This document shows positions 12,901 to 27,649 of a stretch of DNA of 64,000 nucleotides, piece by piece (the stretch's first letter is position 1; each line of letters begins with the position of its first letter). The position numbers were made by a program, and so were the translations under genes. The stretch lies in assembly GCA_964247055.1 (NCBI GenBank), contig OZ176052.1:13578001-13642000 (forward strand), read 5' to 3'. The notes beneath the pieces are model-generated. The model searched no databases. It saw nothing but the letters and a program-made list of their open reading frames with translations, and was not told the DNA's origin. Origin of the DNA: Paragordius varius. Its lineage: Eukaryota > Animalia > Nematomorpha.

Positions 12901-14306
12901 TTTATAGTCCGATCCCCAAAATATTTGGGGTGATGATGGAACTACCATAGGGCTACCCAAAAAAAATTATAGTGACATCACCTGATCAAATTTGGATTTT
13001 AGGTAGCCATTTTTATTTTTAAAATCGTATAAAATAAATTTTTTAAATATTTAAAAAATTCATAAAAATTACATTTATAGTCCGATCCCCAAAATATTTG
13101 GGGTGATGATGGAATTACCATAGGGCTACCCAAAAAAAATTATGGCGACATCACCTGATCAAATTTGGATTTTAGGTAGCCATTTTTATTTTTAAAATCG
13201 TATAAAATAAATTTTTTAAATATTTAAAAAATTCATAAAAATTACATTTATAGTCCGATCCCCAAAATATTTGGGGTGATGATGGAACAACCTTAGGGCT
13301 ACGCAAAAAAAATTATGGTGACATCACCTGATCAAATTTGGATTTTAGGTAGCCATTTTTATTTTTAATATCGTATAAAATAAATTTTTTTAATATTTAA
13401 AAAATTCATAAAAATTACATTTATACTCCGATCTCGACAATATTTGGGGTGATGATGGAACTACCATAGGGCTACCCAAAAAAAATTATAGTGACATCAC
13501 CTGATCAAATTTGGATTTTAGGTAGCCATTTTTATTTTTAAAATCGTATAAAATAAATTTTTTAAATATTTAAAAAATTCATAAAAATTACATTTATAGT
13601 CCGATCCCCAAAATATTTGGGGTGATGATGGAACTACCATAGGGCTACCCAAAAAAAATTATGGCGACATCACCTGATCAAATTTGGATTTTAGGTAGCC
13701 ATTTTTATTTTTAAAATCGTATAAAATAAATTTTTAAATATTTAAAAAATTCATAAAAATTACATTTATACTCCGATCTCGACAATATTTGGGGTGATGA
13801 TGGAGCTACCATAGGGCTACCCAAAAAAAATTATGGTGACATCACCTGATCAAATTTGAATTTTAGGTAGCGCTTTTTATTTTTAAAATCGTATAAAATA
13901 AATTTTTTAAATATTTAAAAAATTCATAAAAATTACATTTATACTCCGATCTCGAAAATATTTGGGGTGATGATGGAACTACCATAGGGCTACCCAAAAA
14001 AAATTATGGTGACATCACCTGATCAAATTTGGATTTTAGGTAGCCATTTTTATTTTTAAAATCGTATAAAATAAATTTTTTAAATATTAAAAAAATTCAT
14101 AAAAATTACATTTATAGTCCGATCCCCAAAGTATTTGGGGTGATGATGGAACTACCATAGGGCTACCCAAAAAAAATTATGGTGACATCACCTGATCAAA
14201 TTTGGATTTTAGGTAGCCATTTTTATTTTTAAAATCGTATAAAATAATATTTTTAAATATTAAAAAAATTCATAAAAATTACATTTATAGTCCGATCCCC
14301 AAAGTA
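6940..14306. repeat. Block X (17 monomers) - partial X (9 monomers) - block X; offsets 2932, 1550 and 4482-4483 bp
   Basis: The ATCG deletion (TAAATATAAA) lies at 7161, 10093 and 11643. CACATGATC and AAATTTTAGTG variants co-occur in all three copies. TAGCGC at 9387 and 13870. Confidence 0.88.
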
Positions 14307-17300
14307 TTTGGGGTGATGATGGAACTACCATAGGGCTACCCAAAAAAATTATAGTGACATCACCAAATTTGGATTTTAGGTAGCCATTTTTATTTTTAAA
14401 ATCGTAAAAAATAAATTTTTTAAATATTTAAAAAATTCATAAAAATTACATTTATACTCCGATCTCGAAAATATTTGGGGTGATGATGGAACTACCATAG
14501 GGCTACCCAAAAAAATTATAGTGACATCACCTGATCAAATTTGGATTTTAGGAAGCCATTTTTATTTTTAAAATCATATAAAATAAATTTTTTAAATATT
14601 TAAAAAATTCATAAAAATTACATTTATACTCCGATCTCGAAAATATTTGGGGTGATGATGGAACTACCATAGGGCTACCCAAAAAAATTATAGTGACATC
14701 ACCTGATCAAATTTGGATTTTAGGTAGCCATTTTTATTTTTAAAATCGTATAAAATATATTTTTTAAATATTTAAAAAATTCATAAAAATTACATTTATA
14801 CTCCGATCTCGAAAATATTTGGGGTGATGATGGAACTACCATAGGGCTACCCAAAAAAATTATGGTGACATCACCTGATCAAATTTGGATTTTAGGTAGC
14901 CATTTTTATTTTTAAAATCGTATAAAATAAATTTTTTAAATATTTAAAAAATTCATAAAAATTACATTTATAGTCCGATCCCCAAAGTATTTGGGGTGAT
15001 GATGGAACTACCATAGGGCTACCCAAAAAAAATTATGCTGACATCACCTGATCAAATTTGGATTTTAGGTAGCCATTTTTATTTTTAATATCGTATAAAA
15101 TAATATTTTTAAATATTAACAAAATTCATAAAAATTACATTTATAGTCCGATCCCCAAAGTATTTGGGGTGATAATGTAACTACCATAGGGCTACCCAAA
15201 AAAATTATAGTGACATCACCTGATCAAATTTGGATTTTAGGTAGCCATTTTTATTTTTAAAATCGTAAAAAATAAATTTTTTAAATATTTAAAAAATTCA
15301 TAAAAATTACATTTATACTCCGGTCTCGAAAATATTTGGGGTGATGATGGAACTACCATAGGGCTACCCAAAAAAATTATAGTGACATCACCTGATCAAA
15401 TTTTTTAGGTAGCCATTTTTATTTTTAAAATCATATAAAATAAATTTTTTAAATATTTAAAAAATTCATAAAAATTACATTTATACTCCGATCTCGAAAA
15501 TATTTGGGGTGATGATGGAACTACCATAGGGCTACCCAAAAAAATTATAGTGACATCACCTGATCAAATTTGGATTTTAGGTAGCCATTTTTATTTTTAA
15601 AATCGTATAAAATATATTTTTTAAATATTTAAAAAATTCATAAAAATTACATTTATACTCCGATCTCGAAAATATTTGGGGTGATGATGGAACTACCATA
15701 GGGCTACCCAAAAAAATTATGGTGACATCACCTGATCAAATTTAAATTTTAGGTAGCCATTTTTATTTTTAAAATCGTATAAAATAAATTTTTTAAATAT
15801 TTAAAAAATTCATAAAAATTACATTTATACTCCGATCTCGAAAATATTTGGGGTGATGATGGAACTACCATAGGGCTACCCAAAAAAATTATAGTGACAT
15901 CACCTGATCAAATTTGGATTTTAGGTAGCCATTTTTATTTTTAAAATCGTATAAAATAAATTTTTTAAATATTTTAAAAATTCATAAAAATTACATTTAT
16001 ACTCCGATCTCGAAAATATTTGGGGTGATGATGGAATTACCATAGGGCTACCCAAAAAAAATATGGTGACATCACCTGATCAAATTTGGATTTTAGGTAG
16101 CCATTTTTATTTTTAAAATCGTATAAAATAAATTTTTTAAATATTTAAAAAATTCATAAAAATTACATTTATACTCCGATCTCGAAAATATTTGGGGTGA
16201 TGATGGAACTACCATAGGGCTACCCAAAAAAAATTATGGTGACATCACCTGATCAAATTTGGATTTTAGGTAGCCATTTTTATTTTTAAAATCGTATAAA
16301 ATAAATTTTTTAAATATTTAAAAAATTCAAAAAAATTACATTTATACTCCGATCTCGACAATATTTGGGGTGATGATGGAACTACCATAGAGCTACGCAA
16401 AAAAAATTATGGCGACATCACCTGATCAAATTTGGATTTTAGGTAGCCATTTTTATTTTTAAAATCCTATAAAATAAATTTTTTAAATATTTAAAAAATT
16501 CATAAAAATTACATTTATAGTCCGATCCCCAAAATATTTGGGGTGATGATGGAACAACCATAGGGCTACGCAAAAAAAATTATGGTGACATCACCTGATC
16601 AAATTTGGATTTTAGGTAGCCATTTTTATTTTTAATATCGTATAAAATAAATTTTTTAAATATTTAAAAAATTCATAAAAATTACATTTATACTCCGATC
16701 TCGACAATATTTGGGGTGATGATGGAACTACCATAGGGCTACCCAAAAAAAATTATAGTGACATCACCTGATCAAATTTGGATTTTAGGTAGCCATTTTT
16801 ATTTTTAAAATCGTATAAAATAAATTTTTTAAATATTTAAAAAATTCATAAAAATTACATTTATAGTCCGATCCCCAAAATATTTGGGGTGATGATGGAA
16901 CTACCATAGGGCTACCCAAAAAAAATTATGGCGACATCACCTGATCAAATTTGGATTTTAGGTAGCCATTTTTATTTTTAAAATCGTATAAAATAAATTT
17001 TTTAAATATTTAAAAAATTCATAAAAATTATTATACTCCGATCTCGAAAATATTTGGGGTGATGATGGAACTACCATAGGGCTACCCAAATAAAATTATG
17101 GTGACATCACCTGATCAAATTTGGATTTTAGGTAGCCATTTTTATTTTTAATATCGTATAAAATAAATTTTTTAAATATTTAAAAAATTCATAAAAATTA
17201 CATTTATAGTCCGATCCCCAAAATATTTGGGGTGATGATGGAATTACCATAGGGCTACCCAAAAAAAATTATGGTGACACCACCTGATCAAATTTGGATT

Positions 17301-20300
17301 TTAGGTAGCCATTTTTATTTTTAAAATCGTATAAAATAAATTTTTTAAATTTTTAAAAAATTCATAAAAATTACATTTATACTCCGATCTCGACAATATT
17401 TGGGGTGATGATGGAACTACCATAGGGCTACCCAAAAAAAATTATAGTGACATCACCTGATAAAATTTGGATTTTAGGTAGCCATTTTTATTTTTAAAAT
17501 CGTATAAAATAAATTTTTTAAATATTTAAAAAATTCATAAAAATTACATTTATAGTCCGATCTCGACAATATTTGGGGTGATGATGGAATTACCATAGGG
17601 CTACCCAACAAAAATTATGGTGACATCACCTGATCAAATTTGGATTTTAGGTAGCCATTTTTATTTTTAAAATCGTATAAAATAAATTTTTTAAATATTT
17701 AAAAAATTCATAAAAATTATATTTATAGTCCGATCCCCAAAATATTTGGGGTGATGATGGAATTACCATAGGGCTACCCAAAAAAAATTATGGTGACATC
17801 ACCTGATCAAATTTGGATTTTAGGTAGCCATTTTTATTTTTAATATCGTATAAAATAAATTTTTTAAATATTTAAAAAATTCATAAAAATTACATTTATA
17901 CTCCGATCTCGACAATATTTGGGGTGATGATGGAACTACCATAGGGCTACCCAAAAAAAATTATAGTGACATCACCTGATCAAATTTGGATTTTAGGTAG
18001 CCATTTTTATTTTTAAAATCGTATAAAATAAATTTTTTAAATATTTAAAAAATTCATACATTTATAGTCCGATCCCCAAAATATTTGGGGTGATGATGGA
18101 ATTACCATAGGGCTACCCAAAAAAAATTATGGTGACATCACCTGATCAAATTTGGATTTTAGGTAGCCATTTTTATTTTTAATATCGTATAAAATAAATT
18201 TTTTAAATATTTAAAAAATTCATAAAAATTACATTTATACTCCGATCTCGACAATATTTGGGGTGATGATGGAACTACCATAGGGCTACCCAAAAAAAAT
18301 TATAGTGACATCACCTGATCAAATTTGGATTTTAGGTAGCCATTTTTATTTTTAATATCGTATAAAATAAATTTTTTAAATATTTAAAAAAATCATAAAA
18401 ATTACATTTATACTCCGATCTCGACAATATTTGGGGTGATGATGGAACTACCATAGGGCTACCCAAAAAAAATTATAGTGACATCACCTGATCAAATTTG
18501 GATTTTAGGTAGCCATTTTTATTTTCAAAATCGTATAAAATAAATTTTTTAAATATTTAAAAAATTCATACATTTATAGTCCGATCCCCAAAATATTTGG
18601 GGTGATGATGGAATTACCATAGGGCTACCCAAAAAAAATTATGGTGACATCACCTGATCAAATTTGGATTTTAGGTAGCCATTTTTATTTTTAATATCGT
18701 ATAAAATAAATTTTTTAAATATTTAAAAAATTCATAAAAATTACATTTATACTCCGATCTCGACAATATTTGGGGTGATGATGGAACTACCATAGGGCTA
18801 CCCAAAAAAAATTATGGTGACATCACCTGATCAAATTTGGATTTTAGGTAGCCATTTTTATTTTTAAAATCGTATAAAATAATATTTTTAAATATTAAAA
18901 AAATTCATAAAAATTACATTTATAGTCCGATCCCCAAAGTATTTGGGGTGATGATGGAACTACCATAGGGCTACCCAAAAAAATTATAGTGACATCACCA
19001 AATTTGGATTTTAGGTAGCCATTTTTATTTTTAAAATCGTAAAAAATAAATTTTTTAAATATTTAAAAAATTCATAAAAATTACATTTATACTCCGATCT
19101 CGAAAATATTTGGGGTGATGATGGAACTACCATAGGGCTACCCAAAAAAATTATAGTGACATCACCTGATCAAATTTGGATTTTAGGAAGCCATTTTTAT
19201 TTTTAAAATCATATAAAATAAATTTTTTAAATATTTAAAAAATTCATAAAAATTACATTTATACTCCGATCTCGAAAATATTTGGGGTGATGATGGAACT
19301 ACCATAGGGCTACCCAAAAAAATTATAGTGACATCACCTGATCAAATTTGGATTTTAGGTAGCCATTTTTATTTTTAAAATCGTATAAAATATATTTTTT
19401 AAATATTTAAAAAATTCATAAAAATTACATTTATACTCCGATCTCGAAAATATTTGGGGTGATGATGGAACTACCATAGGGCTACCCAAAAAAATTATGG
19501 TGACATCACCTGATCAAATTTGGATTTTAGGTAGCCATTTTTATTTTTAAAATCGTATAAAATAAATTTTTTAAATATTTAAAAAATTCATAAAAATTAC
19601 ATTTATAGTCCGATCCCCAAAGTATTTGGGGTGATGATGGAACTACCATAGGGCTACCCAAAAAAAATTATGCTGACATCACCTGATCAAATTTGGATTT
19701 TAGGTAGCCATTTTTATTTTTAATATCGTATAAAATAATATTTTTAAATATTAACAAAATTCATAAAAATTACATTTATAGTCCGATCCCCAAAGTATTT
19801 GGGGTGATAATGTAACTACCATAGGGCTACCCAAAAAAATTATAGTGACATCACCTGATCAAATTTGGATTTTAGGTAGCCATTTTTATTTTTAAAATCG
19901 TAAAAAATAAATTTTTTAAATATTTAAAAAATTCATAAAAATTACATTTATACTCCGGTCTCGAAAATATTTGGGGTGATGATGGAACTACCATAGGGCT
20001 ACCCAAAAAAATTATAGTGACATCACCTGATCAAATTTTTTTAGGTAGCCATTTTTATTTTTAAAATCATATAAAATAAATTTTTTAAATATTTAAAAAA
20101 TTCATAAAAATTACATTTATACTCCGATCTCGAAAATATTTGGGGTGATGATGGAACTACCATAGGGCTACCCAAAAAAATTATAGTGACATCACCTGAT
20201 CAAATTTGGATTTTAGGTAGCCATTTTTATTTTTAAAATCGTATAAAATATATTTTTTAAATATTTAAAAAATTCATAAAAATTACATTTATACTCCGAT

Positions 20301-23300
20301 CTCGAAAATATTTGGGGTGATGATGGAACTACCATAGGGCTACCCAAAAAAATTATGGTGACATCACCTGATCAAATTTAAATTTTAGGTAGCCATTTTT
20401 ATTTTTAAAATCGTATAAAATAAATTTTTTAAATATTTAAAAAATTCATAAAAATTACATTTATACTCCGATCTCGAAAATATTTGGGGTGATGATGGAA
20501 CTACCATAGGGCTACCCAAAAAAATTATAGTGACATCACCTGATCAAATTTGGATTTTAGGTAGCCATTTTTATTTTTAAAATCGTATAAAATAAATTTT
20601 TTAAATATTTTAAAAATTCATAAAAATTACATTTATACTCCGATCTCGAAAATATTTGGGGTGATGATGGAACTACCATAGGGCTACCCAAAAAAAATAT
20701 GGTGACATCACCTGATCAAATTTGGATTTTAGGTAGCCATTTTTATTTTTAAAATCGTATAAAATAAATTTTTTAAATATTTAAAAAATTCATAAAAATT
20801 ACATTTATACTCCGATCTCGAAAATATTTGGGGTGATGATGGAACTACCATAGGGCTACCCAAAAAAAATTATGGTGACATCACCTGATCAAATTTGGAT
20901 TTTAGGTAGCCATTTTTATTTTTAAAATCGTATAAAATAAATTTTTTAAATATTTAAAAAATTCAAAAAAATTACATTTATACTCCGATCTCGACAATAT
21001 TTGGGGTGATGATGGAACTACCATAGAGCTACGCAAAAAAAATTATGGCGACATCACCTGATCAAATTTGGATTTTAGGTAGCCATTTTTATTTTTAAAA
21101 TCCTATAAAATAAATTTTTTAAATATTTAAAAAATTCATAAAAATTACATTTATAGTCCGATCCCCAAAATATTTGGGGTGATGATGGAACAACCATAGG
21201 GCTACGCAAAAAAAATTATGGTGACATCACCTGATCAAATTTGGATTTTAGGTAGCCATTTTTATTTTTAATATCGTATAAAATAAATTTTTTAAATATT
21301 TAAAAAATTCATAAAAATTACATTTATACTCCGATCTCGACAATATTTGGGGTGATGATGGAACTACCATAGGGCTACCCAAAAAAAATTATAGTGACAT
21401 CACCTGATCAAATTTGGATTTTAGGTAGCCATTTTTATTTTTAAAATCGTATAAAATAAATTTTTTAAATATTTAAAAAATTCATAAAAATTACATTTAT
21501 AGTCCGATCCCCAAAATATTTGGGGTGATGATGGAACTACCATAGGGCTACCCAAAAAAAATTATGGCGACATCACCTGATCAAATTTGGATTTTAGGTA
21601 GCCATTTTTATTTTTAAAATCGTATAAAATAAATTTTTTAAATATTTAAAAAATTCATAAAAATTATTATACTCCGATCTCGAAAATATTTGGGGTGATG
21701 ATGGAACTACCATAGGGCTACCCAAATAAAATTATGGTGACATCACCTGATCAAATTTGGATTTTAGGTAGCCATTTTTATTTTTAATATCGTATAAAAT
21801 AAATTTTTTAAATATTTAAAAAATTCATAAAAATTACATTTATAGTCCGATCCCCAAAATATTTGGGGTGATGATGGAATTACCATAGGGCTACCCAAAA
21901 AAAATTATGGTGACACCACCTGATCAAATTTGGATTTTAGGTAGCCATTTTTATTTTTAAAATCGTATAAAATAAATTTTTTAAATTTTTAAAAAATTCA
22001 TAAAAATTACATTTATACTCCGATCTCGACAATATTTGGGGTGATGATGGAACTACCATAGGGCTACCCAAAAAAAATTATAGTGACATCACCTGATAAA
22101 ATTTGGATTTTAGGTAGCCATTTTTATTTTTAAAATCGTATAAAATAAATTTTTTAAATATTTAAAAAATTCATAAAAATTACATTTATAGTCCGATCTC
22201 GACAATATTTGGGGTGATGATGGAATTACCATAGGGCTACCCAACAAAAATTATGGTGACATCACCTGATCAAATTTGGATTTTAGGTAGCCATTTTTAT
22301 TTTTAAAATCGTATAAAATAAATTTTTTAAATATTTAAAAAATTCATAAAAATTATATTTATAGTCCGATCCCCAAAATATTTGGGGTGATGATGGAATT
22401 ACCATAGGGCTACCCAAAAAAAATTATGGTGACATCACCTGATCAAATTTGGATTTTAGGTAGCCATTTTTATTTTTAATATCGTATAAAATAAATTTTT
22501 TAAATATTTAAAAAATTCATAAAAATTACATTTATACTCCGATCTCGACAATATTTGGGGTGATGATGGAACTACCATAGGGCTACCCAAAAAAAATTAT
22601 AGTGACATCACCTGATCAAATTTGGATTTTAGGTAGCCATTTTTATTTTTAAAATCGTATAAAATAAATTTTTTAAATATTTAAAAAATTCATACATTTA
22701 TAGTCCGATCCCCAAAATATTTGGGGTGATGATGGAATTACCATAGGGCTACCCAAAAAAAATTATGGTGACATCACCTGATCAAATTTGGATTTTAGGT
22801 AGCCATTTTTATTTTTAATATCGTATAAAATAAATTTTTTAAATATTTAAAAAATTCATAAAAATTACATTTATACTCCGATCTCGACAATATTTGGGGT
22901 GATGATGGAACTACCATAGGGCTACCCAAAAAAAATTATAGTGACATCACCTGATCAAATTTGGATTTTAGGTAGCCATTTTTATTTTTAATATCGTATA
23001 AAATAAATTTTTTAAATATTTAAAAAAATCATAAAAATTACATTTATACTCCGATCTCGACAATATTTGGGGTGATGATGGAACTACCATAGGGCTACCC
23101 AAAAAAAATTATAGTGACATCACCTGATCAAATTTGGATTTTAGGTAGCCATTTTTATTTTCAAAATCGTATAAAATAAATTTTTTAAATATTTAAAAAA
23201 TTCATACATTTATAGTCCGATCCCCAAAATATTTGGGGTGATGATGGAATTACCATAGGGCTACCCAAAAAAAATTATGGTGACATCACCTGATCAAATT

Positions 23301-23404
23301 TGGATTTTAGGTAGCCATTTTTATTTTTAATATCGTATAAAATAAATTTTTTAAATATTTAAAAAATTCATAAAAATTACATTTATACTCCGATCTCGAC
23401 AATA
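14134..23404. repeat. Tandem duplication of a 27-monomer unit (4635-4636 bp)
   Basis: Markers: 5-bp TGATC deletion (14361/18996), GGAAGCC (14551/19186), GATAATGTAA (15171/19806), 3-bp deletion (17031/21667), CCCAAATAAA (17091/21727), 7-bp deletion (18053/22689), TTTTCAAAA (18526/23162). Confidence 0.95.
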
Positions 23405-24255
23405 TTTGGGGTGATGATGGAACTACCATAGGGCTACCCAAAAAAAATTATAGTGACATCACCTGATCAAATTTGGATTTTAGGTAGCCATTTTTATTTT
23501 TAAAATCGTATAAAATAAATTTTTTAAATATTTAAAAAATTCATACATTTATAGTCCGATCCCCAAAATATTTGGGGTGATGATGGAATTACCATAGGGC
23601 TACCCAAAAAAAATTATGGTGACATCACCTGATCAAATTTGGATTTTAGGTTGCCATTTTTATTTTTAATATCGTATAAAATAAATTTTTTAAATATTTA
23701 AAAAATTCATAAAAATTACATTTATACTCCGATCTCGACAATATTTGGGGTGATGATGGAACTACCATAGGGCTACCCAAAAAAAATTATAGTGACATCA
23801 CCTGATCAAATTTGGATTTTAGGTAGCCATTTTTATTTTTAATATCGTATAAAATAAATTTTTTAAATATTTAAAAAAATCATAAAAATTACATTTATAC
23901 TCCGATCTCGACAATATTTGGGGTGATGATGGAACTACCATAGGGCTACCCAAAAAAAATTATAGTGACATCACCTGATCAAATTTGGATTTTAGGTAGC
24001 CATTTTTATTTTCAAAATCGTATAAAATAAATTTTTTAAATATTTAAAAAATTCATACATTTATAGTCCGATCCCCAAAATATTTGGGGTGATGATGGAA
24101 TTACCATAGGGCTACCCAAAAAAAATTATGGTGACATCACCTGATCAAATTTGGATTTTAGGTAGCCATTTTTATTTTTAATATCGTATAAAATAAATTT
24201 TTTAAATATTTAAAAAATTCATAAAAATTACATTTATACTCCGATCTCGACAATA
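22381..24255. repeat. Nested tandem duplication of a 5-monomer unit (851 bp)
   Basis: 7-bp-deletion monomers at 22689, 23201, 23540 and 24052; TTTTCAAAA at 23162 and 24013. Confidence 0.88.
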
Positions 24256-27200
24256 TTTGTGGTGATGATGGAACTACCATAGGGCTACCCAAAAAAAATT
24301 ATAGTGACATCACCTGATCAAATTTGGATTTTAGGTAGCCATTTTTATTTTTAATATCGTATAAAATAAATTTTTTAAATATTTAAAAAAATCATAAAAA
24401 TTACATTTATACTCCGATCTCGACAATATTTGGGGTGATGATGGAACTACCATAGGGCTACCCAAAAAAAATTATAGTGACATCACCTGATCAAATTTGG
24501 ATTTTAGGTAGCCATTTTTATTTTTAAAATCGTATAAAATAAATTTTTTAAATATTTAAAAACTTCATAAAAATTACATTTATAGTCCGATCCCCAAAAT
24601 ATTTGGGGTGATGATGGAACAACCATAGGGCTACGCAAAAAAAATTATGGTGACATCACCTGATCAAATTTGGATTTTAGGTAGCCATTTTTATTTTTAA
24701 AATCGTATAAAATAAATTTTTTAAATGTTTAAAAAATTCATAAAAATTACATTTATAGTCCGATCCCCAAAATATTTGGGGTGATGATGGAACTACCATA
24801 GGGCTACCCAAAAAAAATTATAGTGACATCACCTGATCAAATTTGGATTTTAGGTAGCCATTTTTATTTTTAAAATCGTATAAAATAAATTTTTTAAATA
24901 TTTAAAAAATTCAAAAAAATTACATTTAAAGTCCGATCTCAAAAATATTTGGGGTTATGATGGAACTACCATAGGGCTACCCAAAAAACATTATGGCGAC
25001 ATCACCTGATCAAATTTGGATTTTAGGTAGCCATTTTTATTTTTAATATCGTATAAAATAAATTTTTTAAATATTTAAAAAATTCATAAAAATTACATTT
25101 ATACTCCGATCTCGAAAATATTTGGGGTGATGATGGAACTACCATAGGGCTACCCAAAAAAAATTATAGTGACATCACCTGATCAAATTTGGATTTTAGG
25201 TAGCCATTTTTATTTTTAAAATCGTATAAAATTAATTTTTTAAATATTTAAAAAATTCATAAAAATTACATTTATACTCCGATCTCGAAAATATTTGGGG
25301 TGATGATGGAACTACCATAGGGCTACCCAAAAAAAATTATAGTGACATCACCTGATCAAATTTGGATTTTAGGTAGCCATTTTTATTTTTAAAATCGTAT
25401 AAAATAAATTTTTTAAATATTTAAAAAATTCATAAAAATTACATTTATAGTCCGATCCCCAAAATATTTGGGGTGATGATGGAATTACCATAGGGCTACC
25501 CAAAAAAAATTATGGTGACATCACCTGATCAATTTTGGATTTTAGGTAGCCATTTTTATTTTTAATATCGTATAAAATAAATTTTTTAAATATTTAAAAA
25601 ATTCATAAAAATTACATTTATACTCCGATCCCCAAAATATTTGGGGTGATGATGGAACAACCATAGGGCTACGCAAAAAAAATTATGGCGACATCACCTG
25701 ATCAAATTTGGATTTTAGGTAGCCATTTTTATTTTTAAAATCGTATAAAATAAATTTTTTAAATATTTAAAAAATTCATAAAAATTACATTTATAGTCCG
25801 ATCCCCAAAATATTAGGGGTGATGATGGAATTACCATAGGACTACCCAAAAAAAATTATGGTGACATCACCTGATCAAATTTGGATTTTAGGTAGCCATT
25901 TTTATTTTTAATATCGTATAAAATAAATTTTTTAAATATTTAAAAAATTCATAAAAATTACATTTATACTCCGATCTCGAAAATATTTGGGGTGATGATG
26001 GAACTACCATAGGGCTACCCAGAAAAAATTATGGCGACATCACCTGATCAAATTTGGATTTTAGGTAGCCATTTTTATTTTTAAAATCGTATAAAATAAA
26101 TTTTTTAAATATTTAAAAAATTCATAAAAATTACATTTATAGTCCGATCCCCAAAATATTTGGGGTGATGATGGAACAACCATAGGGCTACGCAAAAAAA
26201 ATTATGGTGACATCACCTGATCAAATTTGGATTTTAGGTAGCCATTTTTATTTTTAATATCGTATAAAATAAATTTTTTAAATATTTAAAAAATTCATAA
26301 AAATTACATTTATACTCCGATCTCGACAATATTTGGAGTGATGATGGAACTACCATAGGGCTACCCAAAAAAAATTATAGTGACATCACCTGATCAAATT
26401 TGGATTTTAGGTAGCCATTTTTATTTTTAAAATCGTATAAAATAAATTTTTTAAATATTTAAAAAATTCATAAAAATTACATTTATACTCCGATCTCGAC
26501 AATATTTGGGGTGATGATGGAACTACCATAGGGCTACCCAAAAAAAATTATAGTGACATCACCTGATCAAATTTGGATTTTAGGTAGCCATTTTTATTTT
26601 TAATATCGTATAAAATAAATTTTTTAAATATTTAAAAAATTCATAAAAATTACATTTATACTCCGATCTCGAAAATATTTGGGGTGATGATGGAACTACC
26701 ATAGGGCTACCCAAAAAAAATATGGCGACATCACCTGATCAAATTTGGATTTTAGGTAGCCATTTTTATTTTTAAAATCGTATAATATAATTTTTTTAAA
26801 TATTAAAAAAATTCATAAAAATTACATTTATAGTCCGATCCCCAAAATATTTGGGGTGATGATGGAACTACCATAGGGCTACCCCAAAAAAATTATGGTG
26901 ACATCACCTGATCAAATTTGGATTTTAGGTAGCCATTTTTATTTTTAAAATCGTATAAAATAAATTTTTTAAATATTTAAAAAATTCATAAAAATTACAT
27001 TTATAGTCCGATCTCGAAAATATTTGGGGTGATGATGGAACTACCATAGGGCTACCCAAAAAAAATTATGGTGACATCACCTGATCAAATTTGGATTTTA
27101 GGTAGCCATTTTTATTTTTAAAATCGTATAAAATAAATTTTTTAAATATTTAAAAAATTCATAAAAATTACATTTATAGTCCGATCTCGACAATATTTGG

Positions 27201-27649
27201 GGTGATGATGGAACTACCATAGAGCTACGCAAAAAAAATCATGGCGACATCACCTGATCAAATTTGGATTTTAGGTAGCCATTTTTATTTTTAAAATCGT
27301 ATAAAATAAATTTTTTAAATATTTAAAAAATTCAAAAAAATAACATTTAAAGTCCGATCTCAAAAATATTTGGGGTTATGATGGAACTACCATAGGGCTA
27401 CCCAAAAAAAATTATGGCGACATCACCTGATCAAATTTGGATTTTAGGTAGCCATTTTTATTTTTAAAATCGTATAAAATAAATTTTTTAAATATTTAAA
27501 AACTTCATAAAAATTACATTTATAGTCCGATCCCCAAAATATTTGGGGTGATGATGGAACTACCATAGGGCTACCCAAAAAAAATTATGGCGACATCACC
27601 TGATCAAATTTGGATTTTAGGTAGCCATTTTTATTTTTAAAATCGTATA

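Noticed and set aside
692-20900. 7-A versus 8-A run differences as evolutionary markers
   Set aside because: Homopolymer lengths are prone to slippage and sequencing error, so I used them only as supporting evidence.
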